The notes below the pieces were generated by a model that was not told the DNA's origin, searched no databases, and saw nothing but the letters and a program-made list of their open reading frames with translations. The position numbers and the translations under genes are program-made. This document shows positions 28,900 to 37,896 of a stretch of 64,000 nt of DNA, piece by piece. Numbering within the stretch: position 1 is the stretch's first letter; each line of letters begins with the position of its first letter. The DNA comes from Patescibacteria group bacterium (GTDB taxonomy: Bacteria > Patescibacteriota > Minisyncoccia > Phycocordibacterales > Phycocordibacteraceae): NCBI GenBank assembly GCA_040390125.1, contig JAZJYZ010000001.1, positions 506,396-570,395 of the forward strand, written 5' to 3'.

Positions 28900-29686
28900 C
28901 TGACGATTTCTCGATATTTAGTCGCTTAGCCTCTTCGAAGGCGAGATCGAATATCTTTTTCATTGCATCTGCAATAGTTGGACTGTCAATATGGATTGAA
29001 ATGAGTTCATCGTGCAACATAAAACCGACAGTGTTATCGAAAACTGCAAAGTCAGACATGAAGTGCCATTTCTCAGGTGAAATAAGTTGTGCATCATCAA
29101 TATGAGTTACATTTTTCCTTAGATAGTCCGCCTGTTCGGTATAAGGATGAATCCCATGCATTGCGATACCTAACTCCATGCGCCGTTTTACATACGAAGG
29201 AAGATACTCCGGAAGTGTATTTTGAATCTTGTCAGTTGACGAAACAATTCGAATGACCTTCTCCTTCATTTCGAGAGTTTCTTCGAAAGAATTCACAAAA
29301 CCCGCCTTTCCTTCAAAGATACGAACATGGGGTCGTTTCTTATTGCCTCCATAGAGTAATTTAAGGTCAGGAAGTAAATGTTCAATTGATTTCTGAATCT
29401 GTAGTTTTTCATTAGCGGTCTGTTGAGCGATCCGAGCGAGTTGTTCTGGCGGTACAACAACATATTTTTTAATTTTTTCTCCACCGGAAATACTAGTAAG
29501 CCCACGTGCTTGCAAAGATTCAAGGACAACATAGGTAGAACTGCGATTTAGTTCGGCTTTATCAGCAACTTCATGTGCAGTTGCAACTTCAAGCTCTAAG
29601 AGAGCAAGGTATGCCCTCGCCTCTTTTTCTGAGAGTCCAAAATTGACCAATTCTTCTGTAAACATGTTGTTGGTAGTGGTAAACAC
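28871..29686 (-). CDS. TrmB-family transcriptional regulator (likely start 29665)
   Basis: FGLSEKEARAYLALL...NRSSTYVVLESL wHTH; RPHVRIFEG; PLD-like C-terminal domain. Confidence 0.92.
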   Translation of the reverse strand: MFTTTNNMFTEELVNFGLSEKEARAYLALLELEVATAHEVADKAELNRSSTYVVLESLQARGLTSISGGEKIKKYVVVPPEQLARIAQQTANEKLQIQKSIEHLLPDLKLLYGGNKKRPHVRIFEGKAGFVNSFEETLEMKEKVIRIVSSTDKIQNTLPEYLPSYVKRRMELGIAMHGIHPYTEQADYLRKNVTHIDDAQLISPEKWHFMSDFAVFDNTVGFMLHDELISIHIDSPTIADAMKKIFDLAFEEAKRLNIEKSSVKPSKEEAP

Positions 29687-29872
29687 TTAATTTTCCATTA
29701 TGGATTCTTCTGGTCTCTGTTGTCAATGACTAACAACAGATTACCAAAACACGCCTGTACAGTAGGCCTGCCTCGATAAGGTTTTAAAAGAAGATTTGAC
29801 ATAATTCTTTTATTGTTTTTTTATACCTGTCCATACTTCACAACACTTTTTAACATTTTAAAGTGATTTTGC

Positions 29873-30100
29873 ATGCGGAGGGTTGATTCAAAGAATCGTC
29901 TCAAGTCGACAACTGTGAAGCTTTTGATATTTAACAAAAATTTTAAAACGTACGACATTCAATGCGTTGCAGAAAAGGAGATTGATGCAATTACAGGAAA
30001 AATAAAAACCGAAGGACTTCAGTGCGACCACGTTGTAGATGAACAGGAAATAGATAAAAAAATGAAAACTACCGGCTACTCCCGTGCCAAATATTATTAG
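29873..30100 (+). CDS. small hypothetical protein
   Basis: ORF co-oriented with and upstream of the GCH II gene; no recognisable motif. Confidence 0.4.
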   Translation: MRRVDSKNRLKSTTVKLLIFNKNFKTYDIQCVAEKEIDAITGKIKTEGLQCDHVVDEQEIDKKMKTTGYSRAKYY

Positions 30101-30143
30101 AACGATTCCAAAGGTAAACATTTGAAGTGTAATTAATTCTTAT

Positions 30144-31394
30144 TTGCTAATGGTCAATGTAAAAATTATGTCAAGATTCCAATCTTCGGCAAAGAAATTG
30201 TCAAATTTATTAATGAACAGGCAACTAGCCTGCGATCAAGTGAGTTTTTTTGTTGACGGTAAAGTGTTTGAAGAGCTATCACCTCTCGATGTGGCGAAGC
30301 ATAACTGTTTACACCTGATTAATCTTTTATCAAAATTCGATACAGCCACCCTTGAGAAGTCTTCACAGAAAATTCTGCAAATAGAAGTTGTGCCGGATTT
30401 GCTCGTGTATGCATTGCAATTAGCTCATGTTTTTAATCACGATCCCATAGAAAATTTGCTAAAAGAACACGGCATAGTCATTGATGAAACAATCCAACTA
30501 ACTAACCTAAACGAATTAAGGGATAAAATTTTAGAAAGTAAAAAGACCACATTGAAAGTTGAGAGTATTCAAAAGACAGTTATTCAGGCTGCATCATACC
30601 TTGCTAGAATTTGTGACAAGAATGACCACGGGACTATTATGTCAACAAATGAAGTTTCAACCAACGTTACTGTTCCATTGTTAATGGCCTCAATAGAGCT
30701 TTCAGATTTGCTTAAGGTAGATTTATATACTGCCTATAAAGAACGCATAGAACAGATTGTGGCAAAGTATGGTAATGTGCGGAATTTGTTAGATAAAAGA
30801 GCCAATTCATTTGAATGGTGTGGGCCAGCTAAATTACCTAGAGAAGACGGTGAGTGGAAACTTTACGGATTCAAAGACATAATTTTTGGAAAAACTGTTG
30901 AAGGGGTAGCGTTAGTTTTGGGGGAAGTAGAGAAGCAAGAGAATGTTTTAATAAGACTACATTCTCAATGTATTACAAGTGAAGTGTTTCGATCGTTAAA
31001 ATGCGACTGCAAAGACCAGTTGGATACAGCGGTCGAGTTAATAGTTGAAAAAGGACAGGGTGTGATCGTGTATGTACTTGAGGAGGGGCGGGGTATTGGA
31101 ATATATAACAAGGTGGCAGCGTATGCAGAACAAGATACCGGAAAGGACACCATTGAGGCCAATATATCGATTGGGCAACCTGTGGAGGGTAGAACTTTTA
31201 AACTTGAAGGAAAAATCCTACGACACTTAAACCCAAAATCCATTATATTAATAACCAATAATCCAGATAAAATTAAAGCTATGGAAAAGATTGGTGTGGC
31301 AATAAAAAAAATATTTGAGACACGGACACCTAGTGGTCCTCATAGTAGGGGATATATTCATACAAAAAGGGAAAAGTTTGGTCACGGGATCTAA
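30144..31394 (+). CDS. GTP cyclohydrolase II (RibA) domain fused to an N-terminal all-helical MazG-like region
   Basis: RLHSQCITSEVFRSLKCDC, EGRGIG, K.AAY..QD.G.DT.EAN, LITNNPDK; the N-terminal ~210 aa are not RibB-like. Confidence 0.88.
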   Translation: MLMVNVKIMSRFQSSAKKLSNLLMNRQLACDQVSFFVDGKVFEELSPLDVAKHNCLHLINLLSKFDTATLEKSSQKILQIEVVPDLLVYALQLAHVFNHDPIENLLKEHGIVIDETIQLTNLNELRDKILESKKTTLKVESIQKTVIQAASYLARICDKNDHGTIMSTNEVSTNVTVPLLMASIELSDLLKVDLYTAYKERIEQIVAKYGNVRNLLDKRANSFEWCGPAKLPREDGEWKLYGFKDIIFGKTVEGVALVLGEVEKQENVLIRLHSQCITSEVFRSLKCDCKDQLDTAVELIVEKGQGVIVYVLEEGRGIGIYNKVAAYAEQDTGKDTIEANISIGQPVEGRTFKLEGKILRHLNPKSIILITNNPDKIKAMEKIGVAIKKIFETRTPSGPHSRGYIHTKREKFGHGI

Positions 31395-31646
31395 CTTCCT
31401 GATATATATAAGATTGAAATAGGATCAGCTCTGTTCCGTAGAAAAAATTTCTTTGTACGGATCTATGGCCGATAGGTGTATGCATGAAGAAAGAAGTCAT
31501 TTCGATCCTTGCTAAAACTATTGACAATCGTAATCTGGAGCATTATGTATGTGATATTTTGTTGAATCTGAGAGTTTTTTAAAGATTGTGCAATGTAACA
31601 CAACTCAATTTATTTCATTTTAAATCGGAGCAGGTAAGACTATGGC

Positions 31647-33689
31647 TCATAGCTTTCTAATGACACCTTTCCCAGCATCCACTTCCACCATATCACCATT
31701 CTTAAGAATTTTAGTTGCTATATTTGTGCCGACAATACAAGGTTTTTTTAATTCACGAGCAGTAATCGCAGCGTGGGATAAAAGTCCCCCAGAATCAGTA
31801 ACAAAAGCAGCAGCTTTTTGCATGAGTGGCAGAAAATCTGGACGTGTCATACCGGTTACCAGTATCTCACCATCCGCAAAGTCGGTCTCGTTTGGATCAA
31901 GGACCACCCTAACGTGACCGCGCACCACCCCTTTGAAAACAGAAAGTCCCTTGAGTTCAGAACCATTATCATCCTGACTGAGAAGTCTCTGTAAGAGTTG
32001 GAAACGCTCGCCTGTAAGAAATTTACTCTCTCCGTTTTCATTAAATAAAATTGCTACACCATTAATGCGCTCTCTTAGAATCTCTTTATTGGGACGTACT
32101 CCTTTTTCAAGTGCATCTATGTCGTTACTTGCTAACACAAAAACCTCTTCTTCAGTAAGTTCAGGAAAAAAATGTGAGGCAATTTTTCTAAAAAGGTAGT
32201 CTGCTTCTGGATACACTCCTTCCAAGTAAGCACGAACTTTACTGAAAGTATCCAAATACTTTTCTATGATTTTAGAAGGCAAAAAATCTGCCGCCCTTTT
32301 CAAGGTGAAATTTGCTGGCACGTGTGCGTATATGGCATTCGCGACCGCACGGTAATCTTCAATGGAATAGTTTTTTTTCTTTTTCAAATCAGTAAATAAT
32401 GAAAGCGCAGCATCGGTGCGCTCATACAATTCTTGGCACCAATGTTCCACTATATTTTCGTCCTCTATGATTCGTTCAGCATATGTTCTACATATAGTGT
32501 TCATTTCGTTTGCGGGAACGAAATTTGAACTAACATTTTTATCACACACCACAATATGGTGTGTGAATTTCATGCCTGAATATTTTGACAATTCTTTTGT
32601 ATACATTCTTCCGTAGAGCGATGGAAATAAGAGGCTCATATTGGTATTTGACCAATTTTGAGTCCATATTTTTTGTTCAAATAGGTCTTGAAGTTGCAAA
32701 TCCCGATTATCACTTACCTTAATAATGGACTCTGATGTATCAAGTGTCGTTATTGGGCGACTTTGGGTTATGAAAAATTTCTCATTTTCTAAAGCCCATT
32801 CAATATCAACTGGAAATGCATAATGTTTTTCTATACCGAGAACGATTTCTGAAAGTTCTAGAATCTGAGTATCGGAAAGTTTTTGTTTTTTTGTTTTTTC
32901 AAGAGCGTTAACCCACTGATTCCCACTTTTCCCCCCATCCACACGAATAAGTGAACGGGTTTGTTCTGATATATTTTTGTCAAGAATTGCTTTCGGCTCT
33001 TTCGTGACCACATAAGAATCAGGTGTAATTTTTCCCGAAACTATAGCTTCACCCAAACCGAAACCTGCCTCAATAATCATCTGATTCCTATCCTCTGTCA
33101 CTGGATGCACAGAAAACGCAATGCCGGAAACTTCGCTCTGTACCATTTTCTGAATCACAACAGCAACGGAAATCTTTGAAGTGTGCAATCCTTTTTGAAA
33201 GCGGTAGAAAATAGCACGTGGAGTAAAAAGCGATGCCCAACATCGGCGTATATTATCAAGTAGTGCCTCCTCTGTAGTATTCAGAAACGTGTCGAGCTGT
33301 CCTGCCCATGCGGCGGATGCGCTGTCTTCGGCAGTTGCTGACGAGCGCACTGCGACAAATTCTGCATCAAGCTTTTTAAAGCTTTTCTCAATCTCTCTAG
33401 CAATATCTTCCGGTATTTCTTTTGCAAGAATGAGCGTCTGTATCTGTTCAGAGGCACGTTCTACTGTTTCCATATTTTCAACCTGAACGGTCTTGAGGAT
33501 AGCACTTATTTCAATATTGAGATCCACAACCTCAATGAAATGCTCAAAAGCGGAAGCGAGAATTACAAAACCCGACGGGACCGAAATCCCTGCCTGAGTC
33601 ATTTCCCCAAGCGATGCTCCCTTTCCTCCAGCTACGGAAGTGTCGTTTTTAGAAATTTGCGAGAATAATTTTATCCATTTCATTATCAA
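31647..33689 (-). CDS. PEP-utilising enzyme: PPDK_N ATP-grasp, helical middle domain, C-terminal His swivel domain (rifampicin-phosphotransferase-like architecture)
   Basis: GGKGASLGE, AVRSSATAED, DIEW...QSRPIT, TDSGGLLSHAAITARE; no PEP-binding barrel. Confidence 0.9.
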   Translation of the reverse strand: MIMKWIKLFSQISKNDTSVAGGKGASLGEMTQAGISVPSGFVILASAFEHFIEVVDLNIEISAILKTVQVENMETVERASEQIQTLILAKEIPEDIAREIEKSFKKLDAEFVAVRSSATAEDSASAAWAGQLDTFLNTTEEALLDNIRRCWASLFTPRAIFYRFQKGLHTSKISVAVVIQKMVQSEVSGIAFSVHPVTEDRNQMIIEAGFGLGEAIVSGKITPDSYVVTKEPKAILDKNISEQTRSLIRVDGGKSGNQWVNALEKTKKQKLSDTQILELSEIVLGIEKHYAFPVDIEWALENEKFFITQSRPITTLDTSESIIKVSDNRDLQLQDLFEQKIWTQNWSNTNMSLLFPSLYGRMYTKELSKYSGMKFTHHIVVCDKNVSSNFVPANEMNTICRTYAERIIEDENIVEHWCQELYERTDAALSLFTDLKKKKNYSIEDYRAVANAIYAHVPANFTLKRAADFLPSKIIEKYLDTFSKVRAYLEGVYPEADYLFRKIASHFFPELTEEEVFVLASNDIDALEKGVRPNKEILRERINGVAILFNENGESKFLTGERFQLLQRLLSQDDNGSELKGLSVFKGVVRGHVRVVLDPNETDFADGEILVTGMTRPDFLPLMQKAAAFVTDSGGLLSHAAITARELKKPCIVGTNIATKILKNGDMVEVDAGKGVIRKL

Positions 33690-33848
33690 AACAATACCAT
33701 TTTTAGATCTAATGTGAAAAACGATGCCACTTAAGTTCAGTAGTTAGATGTGCCAATCCTGTTTCAATATGCCCATGAGACTCTTCGTCACCAAAGTAGT
33801 CAAAATTTATATTTTAAAGTCGATATCCCACGGGGTATACTGCACTAT

Positions 33849-34151
33849 ATGGATACACTCGTGCATGCAGATATTTTCTTTTTTATTACTGCGATTGCAG
33901 TGCTATTGGGTACGGGAACATTCCTTGTTGCCTCATGGTACGTAATTCAGATTCTGCGTGATGTACGTGAAATATCAACGAAAGCAAAAAATGCGGCAGG
34001 GAAACTCGAGATTGATTTTGAAACACTCAGGGCAGACATGAAGCGAAAGGGTGATAAGGTTGGCGTTATTGCTGATACGTTTTTAGCATTTATTGCAAGT
34101 TGGGTTCCTCATCCTAGAAAAAAGAAAACCGAAAAAGCTGATGTGCTATAA
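33849..34151 (+). CDS. hypothetical single-pass membrane protein (start revised from 33750)
   Basis: TATACT 7 nt before ATG 33849; N-terminal TM helix then coiled coil. Confidence 0.75.
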   Translation: MDTLVHADIFFFITAIAVLLGTGTFLVASWYVIQILRDVREISTKAKNAAGKLEIDFETLRADMKRKGDKVGVIADTFLAFIASWVPHPRKKKTEKADVL

Positions 34152-34187
34152 TAAAGGTTGGATTAAATAAAACTAATAAAAAACAGT

Positions 34188-34592
34188 ATGGACAAGAAAG
34201 GTAATTTGGGTATGAAGGTAGGTATTGCAGCAGGAGTAACGGCAGCTGTAGCGGCTGCAGCAGGAGCGTATTGGCTTTACGGTGCTAAACATTCAGCAAA
34301 ACACCGCCAGATGGCGAAGAGCTGGATGCTTAAAGCTCGTGCAGACGTTATGGATGCAGTCGAGAAGATAGGCGAAATCGACCGAGCAGCATACGTTCGT
34401 GTAGTTGATGAAGTCATGAAGCGTTACGCAGGAGTGAAAGGCTCTACATCCGCCGAAGTAGCAAAGGTGGTTGCTGAATTAAAGAATTCATGGAAGCACA
34501 TGCAAAAGGCAGGAAAAAAAGTTGCCAAAAAAACTGTGAGCAAAAAACGCTCTCCGGTCAAAAAAGCAATAAGAAAAGCAAAATCTGCATAG
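34188..34592 (+). CDS. hypothetical protein with TM anchor and Lys/Ala-rich tail
   Basis: GIAAGVTAAVAAAAGAYWLYG; basic C-terminus. Confidence 0.8.
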   Translation: MDKKGNLGMKVGIAAGVTAAVAAAAGAYWLYGAKHSAKHRQMAKSWMLKARADVMDAVEKIGEIDRAAYVRVVDEVMKRYAGVKGSTSAEVAKVVAELKNSWKHMQKAGKKVAKKTVSKKRSPVKKAIRKAKSA

Positions 34593-34600
34593 TAGTTTCC

Positions 34601-34640
34601 TCCAAACAAAAAGCCCCCGCTTGGGGGCTTTTTGTTTGGA
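34601..34640. terminator. bidirectional intrinsic terminator
   Basis: tccaaacaaaaagccccc-gctt-gggggctttttgtttgga. Confidence 0.85.
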
Positions 34641-34748
34641 AATTCAGTCATCAAGATAATCCACAAAGCTCCATACAGCACCTTGACCGTTTTGTTGCTT
34701 TAAGGTACAGTGATATTGACTTTTGAATAAAATTCAATATAAATTTTT

Positions 34749-35147
34749 ATGGCGTTTTTTACTGAATCAGTAGGATTGAGAAAGCCAAAATCCGCTCTTG
34801 CGGGAGGGTTAGCTTTTCTTGTGGCACTTGCTGCACCTATAACTGCAACAGCAGGGGAGAGAAAACCCGCCTCTTCTTCACGGGCAGTAGATTCAGATCC
34901 AGTACTATTCGCAGCAAGAGAAAGACAATGGGAAGAAGAGGCAAGGATGAGGGCAGAGGAGGAGGCGGCAGGACCAGAAGGGAGTCCAGGACGGATTGCA
35001 TTCGATAAAAGGCGAAAAGCCGAGCGGTGTCTAGAAAGTCAAAAAATAATCAAAAAAAACGGGAAGGTTGGCTTAATGACAGGGCAAGGCTTAGATGCTA
35101 ACTGTCCACCAGATGTTGCGAAAAGAGTTCGTGATGCATACAGATAA
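34749..35147 (+). CDS. hypothetical exported protein
   Basis: Signal-like hydrophobic segment; two Cys. Confidence 0.6.
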   Translation: MAFFTESVGLRKPKSALAGGLAFLVALAAPITATAGERKPASSSRAVDSDPVLFAARERQWEEEARMRAEEEAAGPEGSPGRIAFDKRRKAERCLESQKIIKKNGKVGLMTGQGLDANCPPDVAKRVRDAYR

Positions 35148-35738
35148 TCATAGATTTGTATCTCCCTCAAACTTCACTGCTCCTGGGCACCCTGGAAAAC
35201 CTAAACTGACTCCGCCGTAATAATCGTTTACACCTTTAGGGATAATCACTTCGGCAATCAGTGTACACAATTCTTTATTTGATATTCCTAGGCGACTCAT
35301 TAAATCATCACTGGCTTTGCGACGGATTTCACCAATAGGTTCTTTCAGAATAGAAACAAGAAACGATTTATCGTTGGGGAAAAAGAAAATTTGATATTCT
35401 GCATCCTGAGTAGTAGTGTCGCTTCCTCTTGGATATCCTGTGTAGAAATAGTCAGTTGATGTGGCAATGTCGGTTCCTTTGGTGAAGTCTAAAACAAATA
35501 AACTTCCTGCAACAGTAGCCACTTCAAGGCTAGAAGAAGAAATCCCCCCATGCACATTCGTCGTTGCGGTCGGCGAGATTGGTCCTCCATTTGAGAAAGG
35601 AAAGAGATCTTCTCTAGAAGTATTCGTACTTAGGGTACCTGTGTTAGAAGATATAAATAAATAAATAGAAAGTGCTCCAAGTCCCAGAATGAGGACGAGG
35701 CCGGCAACTGCAACAATTAGAATGTTCCGTGAATACAT
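35148..35738 (-). CDS. hypothetical membrane-anchored protein
   Basis: N-terminal TM, Ser/Thr linker, Cys pair in the C-terminal domain. Confidence 0.75.
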   Translation of the reverse strand: MYSRNILIVAVAGLVLILGLGALSIYLFISSNTGTLSTNTSREDLFPFSNGGPISPTATTNVHGGISSSSLEVATVAGSLFVLDFTKGTDIATSTDYFYTGYPRGSDTTTQDAEYQIFFFPNDKSFLVSILKEPIGEIRRKASDDLMSRLGISNKELCTLIAEVIIPKGVNDYYGGVSLGFPGCPGAVKFEGDTNL

Positions 35739-35745
35739 AGATTTT

Positions 35746-36756
35746 TTAGTTCAGGTTGCACTTAATTACATCTGTTTTCCAGGCTTGATAATGACCATAT
35801 TGAAGACTATCTCCCTTTTCAAACGTATTTTTGGCTGTATGGAGATTACAACTCACGTCTGTAGCTGCAGTAACGCATTGATTGTAGAGTGTTTGGTTTA
35901 CAATAGGCTTACCCCAGCCGGCACCCGCACTGATTTTTGTGGGTCGCCCATTAATTATCATGGTCCGTGTCTCAGCAGGATTTGCAGGAGAACCAAATGC
36001 CTTCGGACAATTTAATACTCGACCATCGGGACATGAAACTTGGTGTGCGGTGAGATTTATTTGGAAAAGCCCATACGAAAAAGGTTTTTTTGTATACCAT
36101 CCTATATCCCCACCTGCTTGGGGATTTCCGGAACTTTCAACACGACAGATTATAGACATATTTGTGGCGTTAGGTGCACCAAAATATCCTGCAAGATTTT
36201 CTGGAGAACAGGGACCACTTTTAATAATAGAACACTGCCCTCCGGAGGCGACGTATGTTCCTGCTTTCTTAAGCCATTCTTCTAATGTCTCCCCCTGAGG
36301 TATCACAGGAACATCAGCGAAACCTGCAGAAACTGGGTTGGCAATGCATGAAATCTTAGTCCATTCAGAGAGTCCTTTGCCGGTTAACACCGAAAACAGT
36401 ATGTTCACCAGAAGCCACGATAGAAGGACTAACAATAACCCTACAAACACGTTAGTGAAGACTCCATGGGCTTTTTTAATTTGTCCTTCACTACTTGCGG
36501 CACTGACATACATGATGCCTGCGTAGGCAAACATCAGGGTGGCGACAATCACTGAAAACGCAACACCGAAGTTGATGACGTTGTTGGCTAACTCCAACAG
36601 ATCACAGGCACGGCAAAAGGGACCTTCACACTCCGGAACCAAGCCACCTCCACCGCCACTCAACAGATTTGCTGGATTCTGCTCTACCGCAGCGAAGGTT
36701 GCGAGAGGGGTGAAAATCAAAAGCAAGCTGAGAATAATAACCAGCTTTTTATTCAT
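35746..36756 (-). CDS. CPR pilin-like (TrbC/VirB2-like) protein fused to a lytic transglycosylase/lysozyme-like domain
   Basis: GLVPEC...C..CDL, two TM helices (YAGIMY...AH...N...GL); ICRVESSG and YGLFQIN. Confidence 0.8.
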   Translation of the reverse strand: MNKKLVIILSLLLIFTPLATFAAVEQNPANLLSGGGGGLVPECEGPFCRACDLLELANNVINFGVAFSVIVATLMFAYAGIMYVSAASSEGQIKKAHGVFTNVFVGLLLVLLSWLLVNILFSVLTGKGLSEWTKISCIANPVSAGFADVPVIPQGETLEEWLKKAGTYVASGGQCSIIKSGPCSPENLAGYFGAPNATNMSIICRVESSGNPQAGGDIGWYTKKPFSYGLFQINLTAHQVSCPDGRVLNCPKAFGSPANPAETRTMIINGRPTKISAGAGWGKPIVNQTLYNQCVTAATDVSCNLHTAKNTFEKGDSLQYGHYQAWKTDVIKCNLN

Positions 36757-36857
36757 ATCTTCTTCACAGAGAACAGTATATCTGCAAAAGTGGACCAGCC
36801 TTTAGATAGGAGGGTCTAATGATGTGTTTTCTGGTATTATTGGCAGATGCTAGAAAC

Positions 36858-36891
36858 CAGCTTTCAGCTTTCAGCTTTCAGGTGTCAGCTT
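36858..36891. repeat. single-arm heptamer array (AGCTTTC x3 plus variants)
   Basis: Upstream of trpS. Confidence 0.8.
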
Positions 36892-36905
36892 AAATATCTA
36901 TAATA

Positions 36906-37847
36906 ATGAGCAAGAAACGCCTTTTAACGGGACTTCAACCATCAGGAGCTCTTCACATTGGGAACTATTTTGGTGCACTCAAACCTTTTTTTGATATATA
37001 TGAAGAGTACGATAGCTCGCTCATGATTGTGGACTATCACGCCCTCACGTCCCTCAAAAATCCAACTGAACTCAATAGAAACATACTTGATGTTGCAAAA
37101 GACTACCTTGCTGTTGGAATCGATCCTTCGAAAGCAACTATTTTCAAACAATCAGATGTGCCGGAGCACACGGAACTTGCCTGGATATTTGACTGCCTTG
37201 TGACTGTCCCATTTCTTATGCAGGGACATGCGTATAAAGATAAGGTAGCAAAAGGTCTTGAGGCGAATGCAGGCCTCTTTACTTACCCTATGCTTATGGC
37301 CGCCGACATTCTTTTGTATGACACTGAAATAGTGCCGGTGGGAGAAGATCAACGCCAACACATCGAATACACACGCGAAGCTGCAAATAAATTCAACATC
37401 GCATTTGGGGAAACATTTAAAGAACCTAAGGAGCAGATTCTTAAAGGTGTTGGTGTAGTGCCTGGTATTGATGGCACTAAAATGTCAAAAAGCTATGGCA
37501 ATGTCATACCGCTCTTCGGTTCAAAGGATGAAATAACAAAAGCAGTCATGGGTATCGTCACTGATTCCGGAGGAGATCGACCACAAAACGTATACGCCAT
37601 TCACTCTCTCTTTAAAACTGAAGTGGAACTTGCACCATTGTATGAAGCTAACAAAAAGAATTACAAAGCTCTCAAAGAAGCTTTAATTGCTGATATCGAA
37701 ACTGTCATCGGTCCAATGCGTACAAAACGAGAATCACTATCGGACGAGGAAGTGAAGCGTGTCATCAAAGAAGGGGGTGAGAAGGCTCGTACGCTTGCAA
37801 GTGCAAAGATGGCTGAAGTACGCAAGAAAGTAGGAGTCACTTTATAG
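36906..37847 (+). CDS. trpS: tryptophan--tRNA ligase
   Basis: TGLQPSG.LHIGN, YPMLMAADI, VPVGEDQ, KMSKS. Confidence 0.98.
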   Translation: MSKKRLLTGLQPSGALHIGNYFGALKPFFDIYEEYDSSLMIVDYHALTSLKNPTELNRNILDVAKDYLAVGIDPSKATIFKQSDVPEHTELAWIFDCLVTVPFLMQGHAYKDKVAKGLEANAGLFTYPMLMAADILLYDTEIVPVGEDQRQHIEYTREAANKFNIAFGETFKEPKEQILKGVGVVPGIDGTKMSKSYGNVIPLFGSKDEITKAVMGIVTDSGGDRPQNVYAIHSLFKTEVELAPLYEANKKNYKALKEALIADIETVIGPMRTKRESLSDEEVKRVIKEGGEKARTLASAKMAEVRKKVGVTL

Positions 37848-37896
37848 CAGGTTTTAGGTTACAGGTAATAGGTTATAGTTTTAAAATTCAAACATC

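Noticed and set aside
31647-33689. Calling this gene ppsA
   Set aside because: Lacks the C-terminal PEP/pyruvate-binding barrel and has a different domain order
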